Source: the human T2T-CHM13v2.0 reference genome, Homo sapiens. From it: a DNA stretch of 64,000 nucleotides. The notes beneath the pieces were generated by a model. It was not told the origin of the DNA. It saw only the letters and a list, made by a program, of their open reading frames with translations, and searched no databases. Within the stretch, counting starts at the first letter, position 1, and every line of letters starts with the position of its first letter. Position numbers and translations under genes: made by a program. Positions 32,560-48,263 of this stretch are shown here, one piece after another. The DNA is taken from NCBI RefSeq assembly GCF_009914755.1, contig NC_060945.1. One strand, 5' to 3'.

Positions 32560-33015
32560 CGACAAAACTCTCTCTTTGACCCAGCTGTAGCCAGGCTCCT
32601 CTAAGCACACTTACAGAGTAGGCCTTGACCTTAGCCGCCCATCCTTGCCTGATGTGCATAGTCCAGTCTTAGCAAGAGTTCTCCTTAGTTTAGAAAGAAT
32701 CCCTGACCTCTGATACCGGATGACTCTCCATATCTGATCAGGTTTCTCATCTCCCATCTTTGTTTTCTGTGTCTTTGGCCTGCCCTTCAGCAAGAATCCA
32801 ATTAAGTTGGTTTAGCAAGAATTCCTCTATCTTTGATGCCTCCTCTTAGCAACTTTCCAACCACCGACCTTCTCACTCTCCTCTTTAGCTATAAATCTCC
32901 AGCTATCTTTGCTACAGTCAAAGTTGACCCCCATTTCTTTCCCCGATAGCAGTAGTCTTGAATAAACCCTTCTTTACTGTTTTAATTACTGTCTGAATAA
33001 ATTTTGTCTTTAACA
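32560..33015 (+). mobile_element. MER31-like ERV1 solo LTR, copy 2 (complete)
   Basis: Ends gtctttaaca; 4-bp TSD ttgg/ttga; tataaa and aataaa present. Confidence 0.85.
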
Positions 33016-33040
33016 TTGACCCTATTTATATTTCTAGTGA

Positions 33041-33442
<402 letters not shown>

Positions 33443-33994
33443 CCATTTTCCTCATTCTTAATGAGAGTGTTTATTGCAGTTGTGATGACTCTTTTCTATA
33501 TGTGTATACTAGGCATGTGAGGGTAGAAGGTGGTGAGGGGGATATGGCTAGAGAGAAAATACAACCTTTTTATTTGTTGGCTCCACAGAATAAAATAAGT
33601 TGTGTGGAGACTACCATAATACCCTAGATTTAGACCCTAGTGCTGTAACTGAATTGGGTTTTTCTTGGGGGGTGAAGGGAGGTGAATAGAAAGGAATTTG
33701 CTTTTCACATGTAAAGGAGACTACATTGAACATTTGAGACCAGAAGACTAGACTTGTGGTAGTCTACACAGATTGCATTTTGGGTGTAAATTCCGAATTC
33801 CCATCGCTGGGGAATAATTGTACTTTTCTCCTTGCTGGCCCCAGTTCTGGCTGTATGTCTTGTTTTGCCTGGGGAATGGTGAGCAAAAATGATATGTACC
33901 ACCTCTGCCAGATGGTGAAGAGCCAGTATGTAGCTTGCCATGACTTTCCTTCGCTGGCTATAGTGTATGGAAGGAGGTATATTGATGGAGCTCA

Positions 33995-34428
33995 GGGCAC
34001 ACTGCTCCAAATTACAGCACCTTGGCATTTAAGAAAACAGCAGAAGCAGGAAGGTTACTTTCACTTTTCTTCCCTGAAGGAGGGCATAAGCTTAGGAAAG
34101 ATTTTCTGACATTCCCCTAAAGAGTGCCATGAGACCCTTATGCCAAAGGGCTTTCCCTATACCGGGAGGAAAGGAACATCCTTATCTATGAAGTCACAGG
34201 ATCAAAGAGAAGAATCTAAACAAACAGGCCACTTCATAAACCTAGCATAAAAATAAGCAAATTTAACTTTTTCTTCTGGTCTTCATTTCCTTAGGGAGGC
34301 TTCCATGTCATACAAAACTTATATTAAATAAATGTATATGCTTGTATCCTGTCAATCTTGTCTTTTGCTGAAGAAGTCTCGGCCATGAAACTAGCATGAA
34401 TGAGAAAAATATATTTTTCTTCCCCTAG
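33995..34428 (+). mobile_element. MER34/MER39-like ERV1 LTR
   Basis: ccctataccgggagaaaggaacatccttatct...gaagaatctaaacaaacaggcc...ttcttcccctag. Confidence 0.6.
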
Positions 34429-35269
34429 ATTATCAAAGTTAGATGTCTATCAATAATATCTCTGAACAACAATGATAAGCAGAGGGCCTTGCTGGACCTA
34501 GTTAAACATGCTTCACGTGCAAAGAATAAACCTTGTCTTATAAACCAATTGGATTTGGGGGTTGTTTGTAATGCAACAAAATCTCTTACATCCTATATGA
34601 TCCAGAAAGAAAATATAGATAATTCACCATCAAATAGAATGCCTTAGAGGTTTGAGAAAAGATAATCAGAGTATAAAATGACAGTAAATATAAAATAAAT
34701 GTACATAGCCTACTCCTTAATCTTTTTGTTCAATATCCAAACCTTTCCTCATAATATTGGTGTGTGGATAAATTTAAAAAAGAATACCATTCAAAACTGA
34801 CAGCTTATCAGGATCATGCTATCCTAGCATCAGGTCGTCTGGACTTTAGAGACCAAAATATTAATAATGGAATTCTGGATATCAGATAATTCTAATCAGT
34901 GAATTAGTGATGAAGACAGTGAATTAATCACGAAAAATATTCAATCAATGTCATTAGAGTTTAGGTTGAGAGGTAAAAAGTACTTAAAAGAGAATGCCAG
35001 AGTTGAAATGGAGCAAGTTAATTAATAAATAATAATGATACATCAATAAATAGGAATCCCCAATGCCAATCTTTCTCATGGTAAGAATGGTCAAGATCCA
35101 TGGGTCTATAATATGTGTGGCCAGAACATCATGGAGAGTTCTTGCTGAAGGTTGTGCAAAAGATTATTGGGCCTTATGTGGAGGTCTCCTATTAATAATT
35201 TTAGGAAATGTCACAAGTACTGGAAGACAACATCCAAATATTCATTACATTGAGCTTAAGAACTCTCAC

Positions 35270-35602
<333 letters not shown>

Positions 35603-36916
35603 TAACAGAAAGTTTTACTCTCTGCATCCAAGGGAGGACAGTTATCTGCTCTTGAGGCCGAGAGAGTAAAGAAAAGAAAGTAACATGAGCAAGTCTAACT
35701 CTTCATGCAATTGAGCATAGCAAAAATAACATGTTTGGGTGCTTAAAAGCCCTGATTTTGAATTCATGCTCCAAAACTGTCAACAAATATGCTGAGCTTT
35801 ACAAAAAAAAAAAAAAAAAAAAAGCTATTCAAGATCCCTTCTTTGAAAATTTAGAAATGCTTTATGCTTCTTTTGTAACTAGTTAAGACACGCTTGCGTA
35901 TTATTTTGTTATAGTTTCTATTTTCTGAGATTACATTTAAAAAAATAGTGTGAAGGAAGGGTGTGCATCCTTGATAGAACAGTAGATGTAAAGATGCATT
36001 CAATTCCTGAGTAGCTATGGAAAAAAACCCAGGCATGTACTTGTCAAGGCAAGAGTTCTAAAGTATTTTGTTTTATTTACCCAATCTCTTAAAACTAAGA
36101 AGTAATTGTCTTTTAGGAAATACTTTTATTCTTCAATTAAATAACAATAATAGCTGTATGGAGACAGAAGCAACATTTCGTCATTGAGATTAAGAGTTGC
36201 ATATAGGGTATTTAGTTTGTTTCCACACAATTCAAGTGAAGTCTGTGAATATGTCTTGGTGTAGGCAAAATGATTTTTCTGTTGAAATAAAGGCTTTTCT
36301 TCTCTGATGAACATAGATTTGTGCAGAGCCAGGTACCTGCAGATTCCCAGTTACATAATGAAAATGTGAGTGAAAGGCAGGCTGGTGTTCTGGCTTTTGT
36401 TTCATTCCCTGAACTAAATATATCTCTGAAATTATCAACATCTATTTGTACTTATATAATAAAAAATAAAAATTATGCTCTTCTCACCTTCTCAGAAACT
36501 AGAGTGATTGTAATTCATAGTACATATAAATGCATAGTACTGTGTACACATGTAATATATATAAAAAGCTGAAACGTACAAAAGATCTTCATCTGTCTCG
36601 CTTATACTCACCTGAAATTGAGCTAAAATTAAGGCAAAAGATTGATACAAATATCTATTCACAAAGGCTTGAGTTTTTATAAAAGTTTCAATTCCACTCA
36701 CTGAAATAGTTTATCTATATGTACACTGGCCAAATCATAAAATCTTATTCCAGAAGCATAATGAGCAAAACCTGAAGATCAAAAATGGATACAGATAATT
36801 CTCAAAGAAAGCCAGCAGAGAATATTCATTCTCAGTAGTCTCCACTGAGGCTAGTGTGAACAGAACAACTGTGGAATTAACACTAATACAAATGGAATCA
36901 GTCTATTTATAGAGAC

Positions 36917-37334
36917 TGATAAAAACTTCAGCCGAATTAAATTTAAAGGAGTTTAATTGAGTAATGAACGATTCACAAATCAGGCAGACCCAGAATCGCA
37001 GCAGTTTACAGAGACTCCAGCACAGCCACGTGGTGGAAGATCTATAGACAAAAGCGGAAAATGACATACAGAAATCAGAAGTGAAGTTCAGAAACAGCTG
37101 GATTGGTTACACCTGGCGTTTGCCTTATTTGAGCAGTTTGGACACTCAGCAGTGTATGAGCGGTTGAAGTACGGCCACCGGGATTGGCCAAGACTCAGCT
37201 ATTGTTACAGGTGCATACTCCTAACTAACATTTTCAATTCTGTCTACCAATTAAGCTAGGTCGCAGTTCGTCCACAAGGACTCAAATATGGAAGTACAGA
37301 GTCCTTCTCGGGCCATATTTAGTTTGCTTTAACA
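36917..37334 (-). mobile_element. MER57-like ERV1 solo LTR
   Basis: Reverse strand begins tgttaaagcaaactaaatatggcccgagaaggactc; perfect 4-bp TSD agac. Confidence 0.88.
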
Positions 37335-37736
37335 AGACTATTTATAGAGCACTATATAACACGTCCAGCAATCAATAGACTGTTTGGTTTTATTTCTATA
37401 GAATGTTTTATTGCCTGAATTATTCCCCCCACCACAACCTGGAACTCCTATGCTGAAGTCTTAATTCCCGGTAACCCAGAGTGTGCTTGTATTTGGAGAT
37501 GGGATCTTTAAAGTGGTAAGTGAGGGAAAATGAAGTCATATGTGTGTGGGCTAATTCAAATGTGACCCTTGTCCTTTTAGGAACAAGAGATTAGGACGCA
37601 GACAACACAGACTTAAGAGGTGATCATGTGAGGATACAGCAATAAGATGACCATCTATAAGCCAAAGATAGGCCTCAGAATGAAATCAACCCTGTTGACA
37701 CCTGAATCTCCAGAACTGTGAGAAATAAATTTTCAT

Positions 37737-38019
<283 letters not shown>

Positions 38020-38106
38020 GAAAGGAAACGAAAGGAAAGGAGAGGAGGGGAGAGGAGAGGAGAGGGGAGGGGAGGGGAGGGGAGGGGAGGGGAGGGGAAA
38101 GGAAAG
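38020..38106 (+). repeat. (GAAAG/GGAGA/GGGGA)n homopurine tract in an Alu tail
   Basis: Seen directly; consecutive GGGG runs make it G4/H-DNA capable. Confidence 0.9.
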
Positions 38107-38412
38107 TTGTTTAAACCACTGGTCTGAGGTCCTTTGTTATGGAGTTGCTAACCCTCTCACACAAAAGGGAGTTTCTTATCTTTTCTCAACTTTCACAGTA
38201 AAATCTTCATATCCACCATTCCTGGGAACACTTGAATAACAATGTTTGAATGAGGTGAAGTATTTGTATTGATTTTGGTATGTTTTTTGTTTATATCTAA
38301 TATATATGGCATTTTAGAAAACATTTCTTAAAGTTAAGTATTTCAATAATGAAGACATTTCAGTATAACTTGTTGAATGTTGTGACAAGTCAGAACGTCA
38401 CTTGGTTAACAG

Positions 38413-39268
<856 letters not shown>

Positions 39269-39613
39269 TGGAGCCAGTTATGCTTTTTATCTGGCATTTC
39301 TTTTGCTTTGTTACACTTTTGGGTAGATTTTTATTGTCATCTACTTAAGCTCCTTTATTTTAATGTAATCTAAAAGTCATTATATCCACTTATCTAAAGT
39401 TATTTCTATAGCATGACTTAGAATATGTTACTTTAAGTGTATACTAATCCCTTGTTAAAGATGACAGAAATTCCACTCCATCAACGGACCTTTTCTATGT
39501 AATCAATTAATCTCCTTTAGCTAAAAGTACACATAGGCACACACATACACACATATCAAAAATAGAAGTTAAATTATTTATTATTTAGCAATATTTAGAA
39601 AACGAACTACTGA

Positions 39614-39957
<344 letters not shown>

Positions 39958-40703
39958 GGGTTATAGATCTTTATGGGTTATTTTTTTCACTACTAGTTTA
40001 AAACCAAGAATCTCTTTAATCATGTTACTATGCACTGTAATTCCTCCCAGAGTTTATTATGCATACTTGAAGCTCAACCGATGTTTGCTTCCTGGATGAA
40101 TTAATTTGAAAGGAAATGTGAAAAGTACTCTGATTTCTCATTTAGTTTTATCCTCCACGTAAATCATCAGGACTATGAATGCAGTTTGAATTTAATCATG
40201 AATCTTCCTTGAATGTATAAATACATGAAAGCTGATGACATGCCCAAGAAACAAGCAGATAAGAACTATGGACCCTTATTTATAAATGATCTTTCTAATG
40301 TAGAAGATAGTGGAGGTATCACCCTTCCCAAAGCTCACTACTACTTTGGGTTTGCTTGAAACACAAAGCTTATCAATGGTCAACTAGTCAGGTCCCCAGT
40401 CAATATGATCCAGCCTCCTATTAATAAGCTATTTGGATCCCTAAGGTTGAGGTTCCTCTGTCGTAGATTTGATATACTTTATTTCTGTAGAGCTGTGGAA
40501 GTACAAGCCTGGAAATTTCTAATACTGTCTTATTACTATCTCCATGCAACTTAACATTTAGATTTATCCCCCCTTAGAACTTTTCTGCACTCATCCTCCA
40601 GTTCATCACTACATGCACTTCCTTAGCTGTGCCCTGACACTGCCTAGTATTTGAAGCTGTCTCCACTGTTACACTCAATATGTTCTTTTCAATTATTAGT
40701 CAC

Positions 40704-41277
40704 TGGCTGTATTTGCTAGGGCTGCTCTAAGCACGTACCACAGAGTTCGTTGCTTTAAAAACAGCAATTTATTGAAGCTAGAACTCCAAAATCAAGGTGT
40801 TGGCAGGGTTTGTCCCTTCTATGGCCTGCAATGGGAGGGTCAGCCCCAAACTTTGTTCCTTCATTTGTGGATGGTCATCTTAACATTTATTTTGCACTAA
40901 CAATCTTTGCACTATTAAAACATTTACTTATATTGTACTATTTACTTAGTGACAAAGGCTCCCTCTCTTTAACCAAACATTAGCCATGCTCCTCTCTATG
41001 TTATATATTAGCCACATCTTCTCTCTATGTCTCTCTGTGGTCATCTTCTCTCTATGTCTTTACATCATCTCCCTATGTGTGGTTTGATATCTATATTCCC
41101 CCTTTTTATAAGGACACCAGTCATGTTAGATTAGGGTCCACATTAGCGACCTCACTTTAATTCGATTATCTCGGTGTCTTTACAAGACACTGTCTCCACA
41201 TAAGGTCATACTCTGAGGTATTGAGGGTTAGGACTTCAACATATGATTTTTAGGAGGGTAAAATTCAGCCCATAACA
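40704..41277 (-). mobile_element. MLT1C-like LTR carrying a templated insertion at ~40882-41037
   Basis: tccaaaatcaaggtgttggcaggg...ttataaggacaccagtcat...ggttaggacttcaacatatga...cccataaca. Confidence 0.85.
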
Positions 41278-41611
41278 CCGATTATAATTTTAAATTGATG
41301 GTACTGATTACATGAACTTGATTTTTTTGTATTATTATTACTGAGATTGAAAAACAAAATAAATGCTAAATAGAAGCCCAATATAATCTAAGGATTCAAA
41401 GTGAAAAAATATCAGATATGCTTTTCTCCCACTCTCCTCTACTTTGCCATTTTGGCATACAAAACAGCTCTCTTAATTCGGTTTTGTTTGGTTTTCATGG
41501 TTGAAATGCTAAGATCAGAGGGTTAAGAAAGTTAAAATACAAGAAGGTATATAAGTAGAATATCTAAGATCAAGGAAATAAGCAATATATCCTTGAATTG
41601 ATTGTGATGAA

Positions 41612-42147
41612 TTTTTAAGATTAGAGTTGTTTAAATTTACAGAAAAGTTGCAAGGATACTGTGGAGAGTTTTACCATACACCTCACCCAGAGTCTCATAT
41701 TGTTAAAATCTTACATGAATTATTACAGAGCATTTGTCATGACTAAAAACTCAACATTAGTACGATAATATCAATGTAGTCTACACTTACTTTGGATTTG
41801 ACCATTTTACTAGTTTTCCCTTAATGACTGTTTTCTATTCCAGGGTACTCTCAGGAAAACCCATCATCCTTAGATTTCATATATTTGTATTTTCTTCTGG
41901 TCTGTAACCATTTCTCAGACTTTCTTGACTTTTACAGTTTTGAGGTTCCTGGTCAGATATTTTGTAGAGCAATCCTCAATGTGGGTTCTTTCCATGTTTC
42001 TCTCCTGTTCAGACTGCTGTTATGGGTTTGGGGGACCAATGCCACAGAGGTGACGTGCCCTTCTTGTCACATCCAATCAGGCGTGCTTGCTATCACTATG
42101 ACTTATGACTGATGGTGTTAGTCTTTATTACTTGGCAAAGGTCGTGA
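41612..42147 (-). mobile_element. L1MC/ME 3' end fragment
   Basis: tttaaatttacagaaaagttgcaag...gagagtt...cctcacccag. Confidence 0.65.
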
Positions 42148-42668
42148 CTGATTTAAAAGACTTGCTAATACCTGCTTGGGAAACATTTTATCTGAGGAAA
42201 TAGGCAAAGTTGTTCTACCAATTATTTAGGTATTTTTAAGCCAACTTTGGTTTTAAATAACCTATTAGGTCTTCAGGTTTAGCTATTTTTAATACCTTAA
42301 AATTATTAAGATTTTTATATTATGTTTGTTCTTACAATAAAGGTTGTATTGGGGGTAGGAAATCATGTGAATAATTCTTCAGCATTAACTATTGAATATT
42401 ATGTTGTTTCCATGGATAAAGTTTTACATATAAATGTCTAATATAAGGTATTAGCAATGTTAGTTGCATCTATCTTAGTAATGTTATGTTTTATTTATTT
42501 TAATGAATAAACTTGCTATATACCATTAGTAGGCTTTCATTTCAGAGAGGCAGTAGTGTATAAGAGGTTTAAATGTCAGAATTTAAATCTAATTTACTTA
42601 AATCCAATCCTTACTATCTATGACTTACTAACTATGAGATCTTGGGCAGGTCCGTTAATTTATCTGAG

Positions 42669-43107
42669 TGTATTAGTCACGGTTCTCTATAGAAACAGAA
42701 CCAATAGTATATAAAAATATAGATTGATTGATAGAGATACGTAAGAGAGAATTTATTACGGGAATTGGCTCACATGCATATGGAGGCTGAGAAGTCCCAT
42801 AAGCTGCTTCTGCAAGCTGAAAAACCGGAAAAGCCGGTGGTGTAATTTAAGTCCAAATCTGAAGGCCTTAGAACCAGGGGAGCTGATGATGTAACATCCA
42901 GTACAGGCCAAAGGCCTAAAAACCCGGGGGCTGCTGGTGTAAATCCTAGATTGCAGAGGTCCAAGAACCAGTGGCTCCAATGCCCAATGGTGGGAAATGT
43001 ATGTCCCATTTTCAGAAGAGACAGAATGAATTTAACCTTCCTCCACCTTTTTGTTCTAGTCTGCCTTCAACAGTTGGAAGATGCCCATCCACACTGGGGA
43101 GGGTGGA
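42669..43107 (-). mobile_element. MLT2 (ERVL) LTR, truncated at the Alu/AT junction
   Basis: tgtattagtcacggttctctatagaaacagaaccaatag...ggctgagaagtccca...gcccatccacactggggaggg. Confidence 0.85.
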
Positions 43108-43198
43108 TTTTTTTTTTTTTTTTTTTTTGAGATGGAGTCTTACTCTGTTGCCAGGCTGAGGTACAGTGGTGAGATCTCGGCTCACGCAACCTCCGGCT
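43108..43198 (-). mobile_element. Alu 3' fragment
   Basis: Poly-T plus gagatggagtcttactctg...caacctcc, then an abrupt end. Confidence 0.9.
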
Positions 43199-43200
43199 CA

Positions 43201-43551
<351 letters not shown>

Positions 43552-44576
43552 TTACTGCATTCTTAAGCATATAGATTTTTAAAATAAATTAGGATTAGTC
43601 AGACATCTTTAATCTTGTGACTGCTTTGGTTATCCTTTTTTTTTGTTTTTCCTTTACACTTTGGTAGAAATAGATTTGACACAAAGTAAGTTGTGAAAGC
43701 ATGTGGCCATTGCTTTCTCAGGAAAGTTAGATAAAAATAACCTGAATACTTTATAGGAATAGGGTAATAAATGCAGCTGCAGTCTTAAAATAGTGCACAT
43801 TGCATTTCTGAGCTGTATGTATTCTACTTCTTAAATATGCCTATTAGTTATTATGTAAGTTAGAAAAACAGTAAGCAAAATGCGGCATTGAAAACAGCAT
43901 AAATTCAAAAGAGTGCAAACTATGGCAATCTACTATAAATGGTAAATAGGGGAATTAATCTTGCTAGTTGGTCATAAGGGTGCTATTTCCAGTGTGCCCT
44001 ATAGTGCTGGTCCACTTCATTTTGCTCTAGCATAAATCTCTTTCTCAGTGGAAATAATAGCATGCCCTCTCCAAATGTAAGGAGCACCGAGTCAAAAGAT
44101 AAAGCAAAATTAGCATGATCTGGAGATTAATGTCAAAAGAAGGTAAGAACATATATCAAGCTTGATTTACTCTAAATGATTGTTCATTTTGATTCAGATT
44201 AGCACACATGAATATGTGTTGTACTGTTGAAAAGATCAATCATAGAAAGAATTAAGAGACGTGCAATAGAAAAATTAGAAATATGAGAACTGGTTTCTAT
44301 TGTAAAATTTGGGCCTACATCAACCTGTGTCAAAATCACCATACAAAACCTATAGCTTTATATCTAACTCCATTAGTAAATTTTTAGTTCATCATAGAGC
44401 CAAGAGGTAGAAATGCCAGTATTGCTATATTAAAATCTAATACTGATATTAAATATTAAAATATATTATTAATATCTAATATTCCTTCCCATTAAAAGTT
44501 GAAGAACATTTTAAACTTTTTTATCAGAAACTGTGGGTATAAGCAAATTTTCACATATCAGGCCATTTTAACATGA

Positions 44577-44917
<341 letters not shown>

Positions 44918-45044
44918 CGCCAGGTATTCTTTTTAGCTATCCTTTCAAAACTTCAGTCAACATTCTGTATTATTAATGCATAATGCATGCTTGTTCCTAA
45001 TATCAATTCATGGCTTTGCAAATATGAATTATCTACCATTAATA

Positions 45045-45848
45045 TGTGAACCCCAAATATCTGAGACAGGAGTCAGTTAACTTAGAAAGTTTATTTTGCC
45101 AGGGTTAAGGATGCACGCCCATGACACAGCCTCAGGAGTTCCCGAAGACATGTGCCCAAGGTGGTCAGAGCACAGCTTGGTTTTATACATTTTAGGGAGA
45201 CAGGAGACATCAATCAACATATGTAAGATGAACATTGGTTAGGTCCGGAAAGGTGGAGCAACTGGAAGCAAAGGTAGGACTACTTAAAGTGAGGAGAGGG
45301 CTTCCGGGTCACAGGTAGATAAGAGACAAATGCTTGCATTCTTCAGAATTTCTGATTAGCTTCTACAAAGGAGGCAACCAGATATGCATTTTACTTACTT
45401 ATTTATTTATTTTGAGTTGGAGTCTTGCTCTGTCACCCAGGCTGGAGTGCAATGGCATGATCTTTGGCTAATTGCAACCTCCACCTTCTGGGTTCAAGCA
45501 ATTCTCCTGCCTCAGCCTCCCGAGTAGCTGGGATTACAGGTGCCCACCACCACCCCCAGCTAATTTTTGTATTTTTAGTAGAGATGGGGTTTCACCTTAC
45601 TGGCCAGGCTGGCCTCTTGGTCAGGCTGGTCTCGAACTCCTGACCTCATGATCCGCCCACCTTGCCCTCCCAAAGTGCTGGGATTATAGGGGTGAGCCAT
45701 CATGCCCAGCCAGGTATGTATTTTTTTCAGTGAGTAGAGAGGTGACTTAGAATAGAATGGGAGGCAGATTGGCCCTAAGCAGTTCCCGGCTTGACTTTTC
45801 TCTTTAGCTTAGTGATTTTGGGGCCCCAAGAATTATTTTCCTTTCACA
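45045..45848 (-). mobile_element. MER4A1-like ERV1 solo LTR interrupted by Alu
   Basis: Reverse strand begins tgtgaaaggaaaataattcttggggccccaaaatcactaagctaaag; TSD aata/gata. Confidence 0.88.
45390..45711 (-). mobile_element. Alu with an internal ~17-bp duplication
   Basis: tggccaggctggcctct tggtcaggctggtctc; TSD agatatgcatttt / aggtatgtatttt. Confidence 0.93.
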
Positions 45849-46037
45849 GATATAAAACCCACACCATAATTCTGTGTCTAAAGGTTTAATAGTTATAAAA
45901 CATTACCGCAAATGAGGAAAGAAGGTGCAGATTCTCATTTCTGCCTTCATTTCTCTCTTACGAGAGATTCTCAAAATTTCTGATGTATCACACGTGAAAA
46001 TAGATTGGAGAACATTCTATTTTCTTGTTTTGGATGA

Positions 46038-46472
46038 TGTAACAAGTATAAAAATGCACCATTCACACCTCCTACTAGAGGGAGCAGAATGACAGCCCCA
46101 GCTGTCGCTTCTCCAGAACTACCACGGCATTCATGCCAAGGTCAGGCTTTCTGTGGGCAGCTTCCAGTTGATGACTGCACAGTGGAGATACTAACGCAGA
46201 CCCATTTCTGCAAGACACAGAACTCCTCAAATGGGAGACTTGAGCTTGAGGATTCCTTTATGGGCTTGATCAAAACTTTCCTGAAACTGTGCTGAGGTTC
46301 AAGACATTTTCTACTCTTTCCCTCTCCTTCAGTTTTCAGAAATGAAACTCATTCTGATTGTTCTGCTTACCCCTGGCTCCTTCAACATGTTGAACAAGTA
46401 TTTCCTCCAATAAATCACTTGCATATCTAATTTCATTTTGGATTCTGCTTCTAGAGGAAACCAAACTAACAT
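46038..46472 (+). mobile_element. LTR16-like ERVL LTR
   Basis: 3' end aataaatcacttgcatatctaat...tctgcttctagaggaaaccaaactaaca. Confidence 0.55.
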
Positions 46473-46991
46473 ATCATTTTCAATGTATCAGTCTTCATCA
46501 CTGATGTATTCAAAATGTATATATTAGGGAATCATACCTTTACCTTAGCATAACTCTGTGAGTCAAGGAAAATCAAGCATTGCATTTAATTTATTCAACT
46601 ATTCAAACACTCAATAATTATCGAGGCCTTGCTATGTGTTAGACGAGATAGTCAACGTAGATAGTCTCTCACATAGTACCTTCATAATTCATATGGTCAC
46701 AGAGTTGTAATTACTGGCATGATAGGAATTTTCAACTCTACTTTTATGAGAATCAAATAAAATCTCAGAGATCTTTTTAAATTTACTTTTTTTGTTGTTT
46801 ATATTTTCATGCGTAGTTCATTTAGGTAAAACAACAGTTTGGGCGGGCTTCAAACAGTTGCTTCAACTAGACTATGCTCTATTCAGCTCTCATTTACTTG
46901 GACTAGCTCACCTAGCAGCACAGTCTTGTTTAGCCAGTTCTTCTGTTCCAGCTGAGAGGTCTCCCCAGTAGAACCATAACTCTTCCATCAT

Positions 46992-47473
46992 AGCTGGGTT
47001 CCTCAGGCTCAGCACTAAGGATATTTGCACTAGATGACTCTTTGTTGGTGAATTTCCTCTGTATTTTATAGCATCCTTGGCCTCTACCCGCTAGATGACA
47101 GTAGCAACACTCCAGTTGTGACAATCAGAAAGCTTTCAAGAAATTGCCAAATATTCCCGGGGGAGTAAATTTGCACTCCTGTGAGTATCAATCTTTGTAA
47201 GAATTCCTTGAACAGGCTGGGCGCGGTGGCTCACGCCTGTAATCCCACAACTTTGGGAGGCCGAGGCGGGCGGATCACGAGGTCAGGAGATGGAGACCAT
47301 CCTGGCTAACATGGTGAAACCCCGTCTCTACTAAAAATGCAAAAAATTAACCAGGCATGGTGGCGGGCGCCTGTAGTCCCAGCTACTCGGCAGGTTGAGG
47401 CAGGAGAATGGCGTGAACCCGGGAGGTGGAGCAATTCCATGAAGAACAATAAAGGTTTAGTTGAGAATGACTG
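46992..47473 (+). mobile_element. MER20 hAT DNA transposon, interrupted near its 3' end
   Basis: agcatccttggcctctacccgctagatgacagtagc...gttgtgacaatc...attgccaaat; terminus gttgagaatgactg at ~47460. Confidence 0.8.
47215..47432 (+). mobile_element. AluY, 3' truncated (no tail)
   Basis: AluY diagnostics gagaatggcgtgaacccgggagg and accatcctggctaac; stops at ggagc. Confidence 0.93.
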
Positions 47474-47750
47474 GCCACAATATAAAATAATTATTTGTTA
47501 AGTAGTTAAATGTAGTATGAAAATGTATGTGTGAGTATGCGTGTGCCACCTCTGTCTTAATGTATGTGCTTTCTCTGAGTCCGCTCTGCCTGTTATTTGA
47601 TCCTTAGTTCTATGTCGTGCTCTTAGTTCTGATAGATTTTTGATTTAGATTTTTGAATGGAAACATTAATTCCTACTGGTCTAATCTTTTTTTTTGTATC
47701 AGGATGAAAAGTCTATCAATAGATAATTCTGCATTTCTGTCTTCATTTCC

Positions 47751-47948
47751 TCAAGGTTCAGAACTTTAAATACACATTTTTAATCAATTACTTTTATTTC
47801 CATTTTTAATTAACTATTTATTAAATTAATGAATATTTACTGAGTTTCGTCAAGGTTCAGAACTTTAAATACATATTTTTAATAAATTACTTTTATTTCC
47901 ATTTTTATTTAACTATTTATTAAATTAATGAATACTTACTGAATTTCT
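47751..47948 (+). repeat. Two-copy 99-bp tandem duplication
   Basis: tcaaggttcagaactttaaatac...ttactga(g/a)tttc repeated with ~5 mismatches. Confidence 0.95.
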
Positions 47949-48263
47949 CTTATGTGCCACTCTGTATCAGGTACTTGGGACACATAGGTGAATGAAAGGA
48001 AACAAAATATCTTGTCCTTATCAAGTTTGCATTCCAGTGTACCTGAGAAAGTGTATGCAGATGTTCACTCTCCTCAATGTATGCCAACGGGAAACACATT
48101 GAAATTCCAAGCATTGGCTTCTTATTTTGCACTGATCGGGTTGGTGGTGGTGGTGGTGGGGGCAGGTGGGTGATGAAGGCTGGGTTATGGATAAAAAAGG
48201 TCTTTAAAAAAAGGGTTTAGTGACCATATTTACTAGAGATGCACACGAATGCACACAAACTTT

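Noticed and set aside
30968-33015. Interpretation as an intact provirus with paired LTRs
   Set aside because: No PBS or internal retroviral sequence is recognisable, the first copy lacks the terminal CA, and LTR identity is too high for the family age
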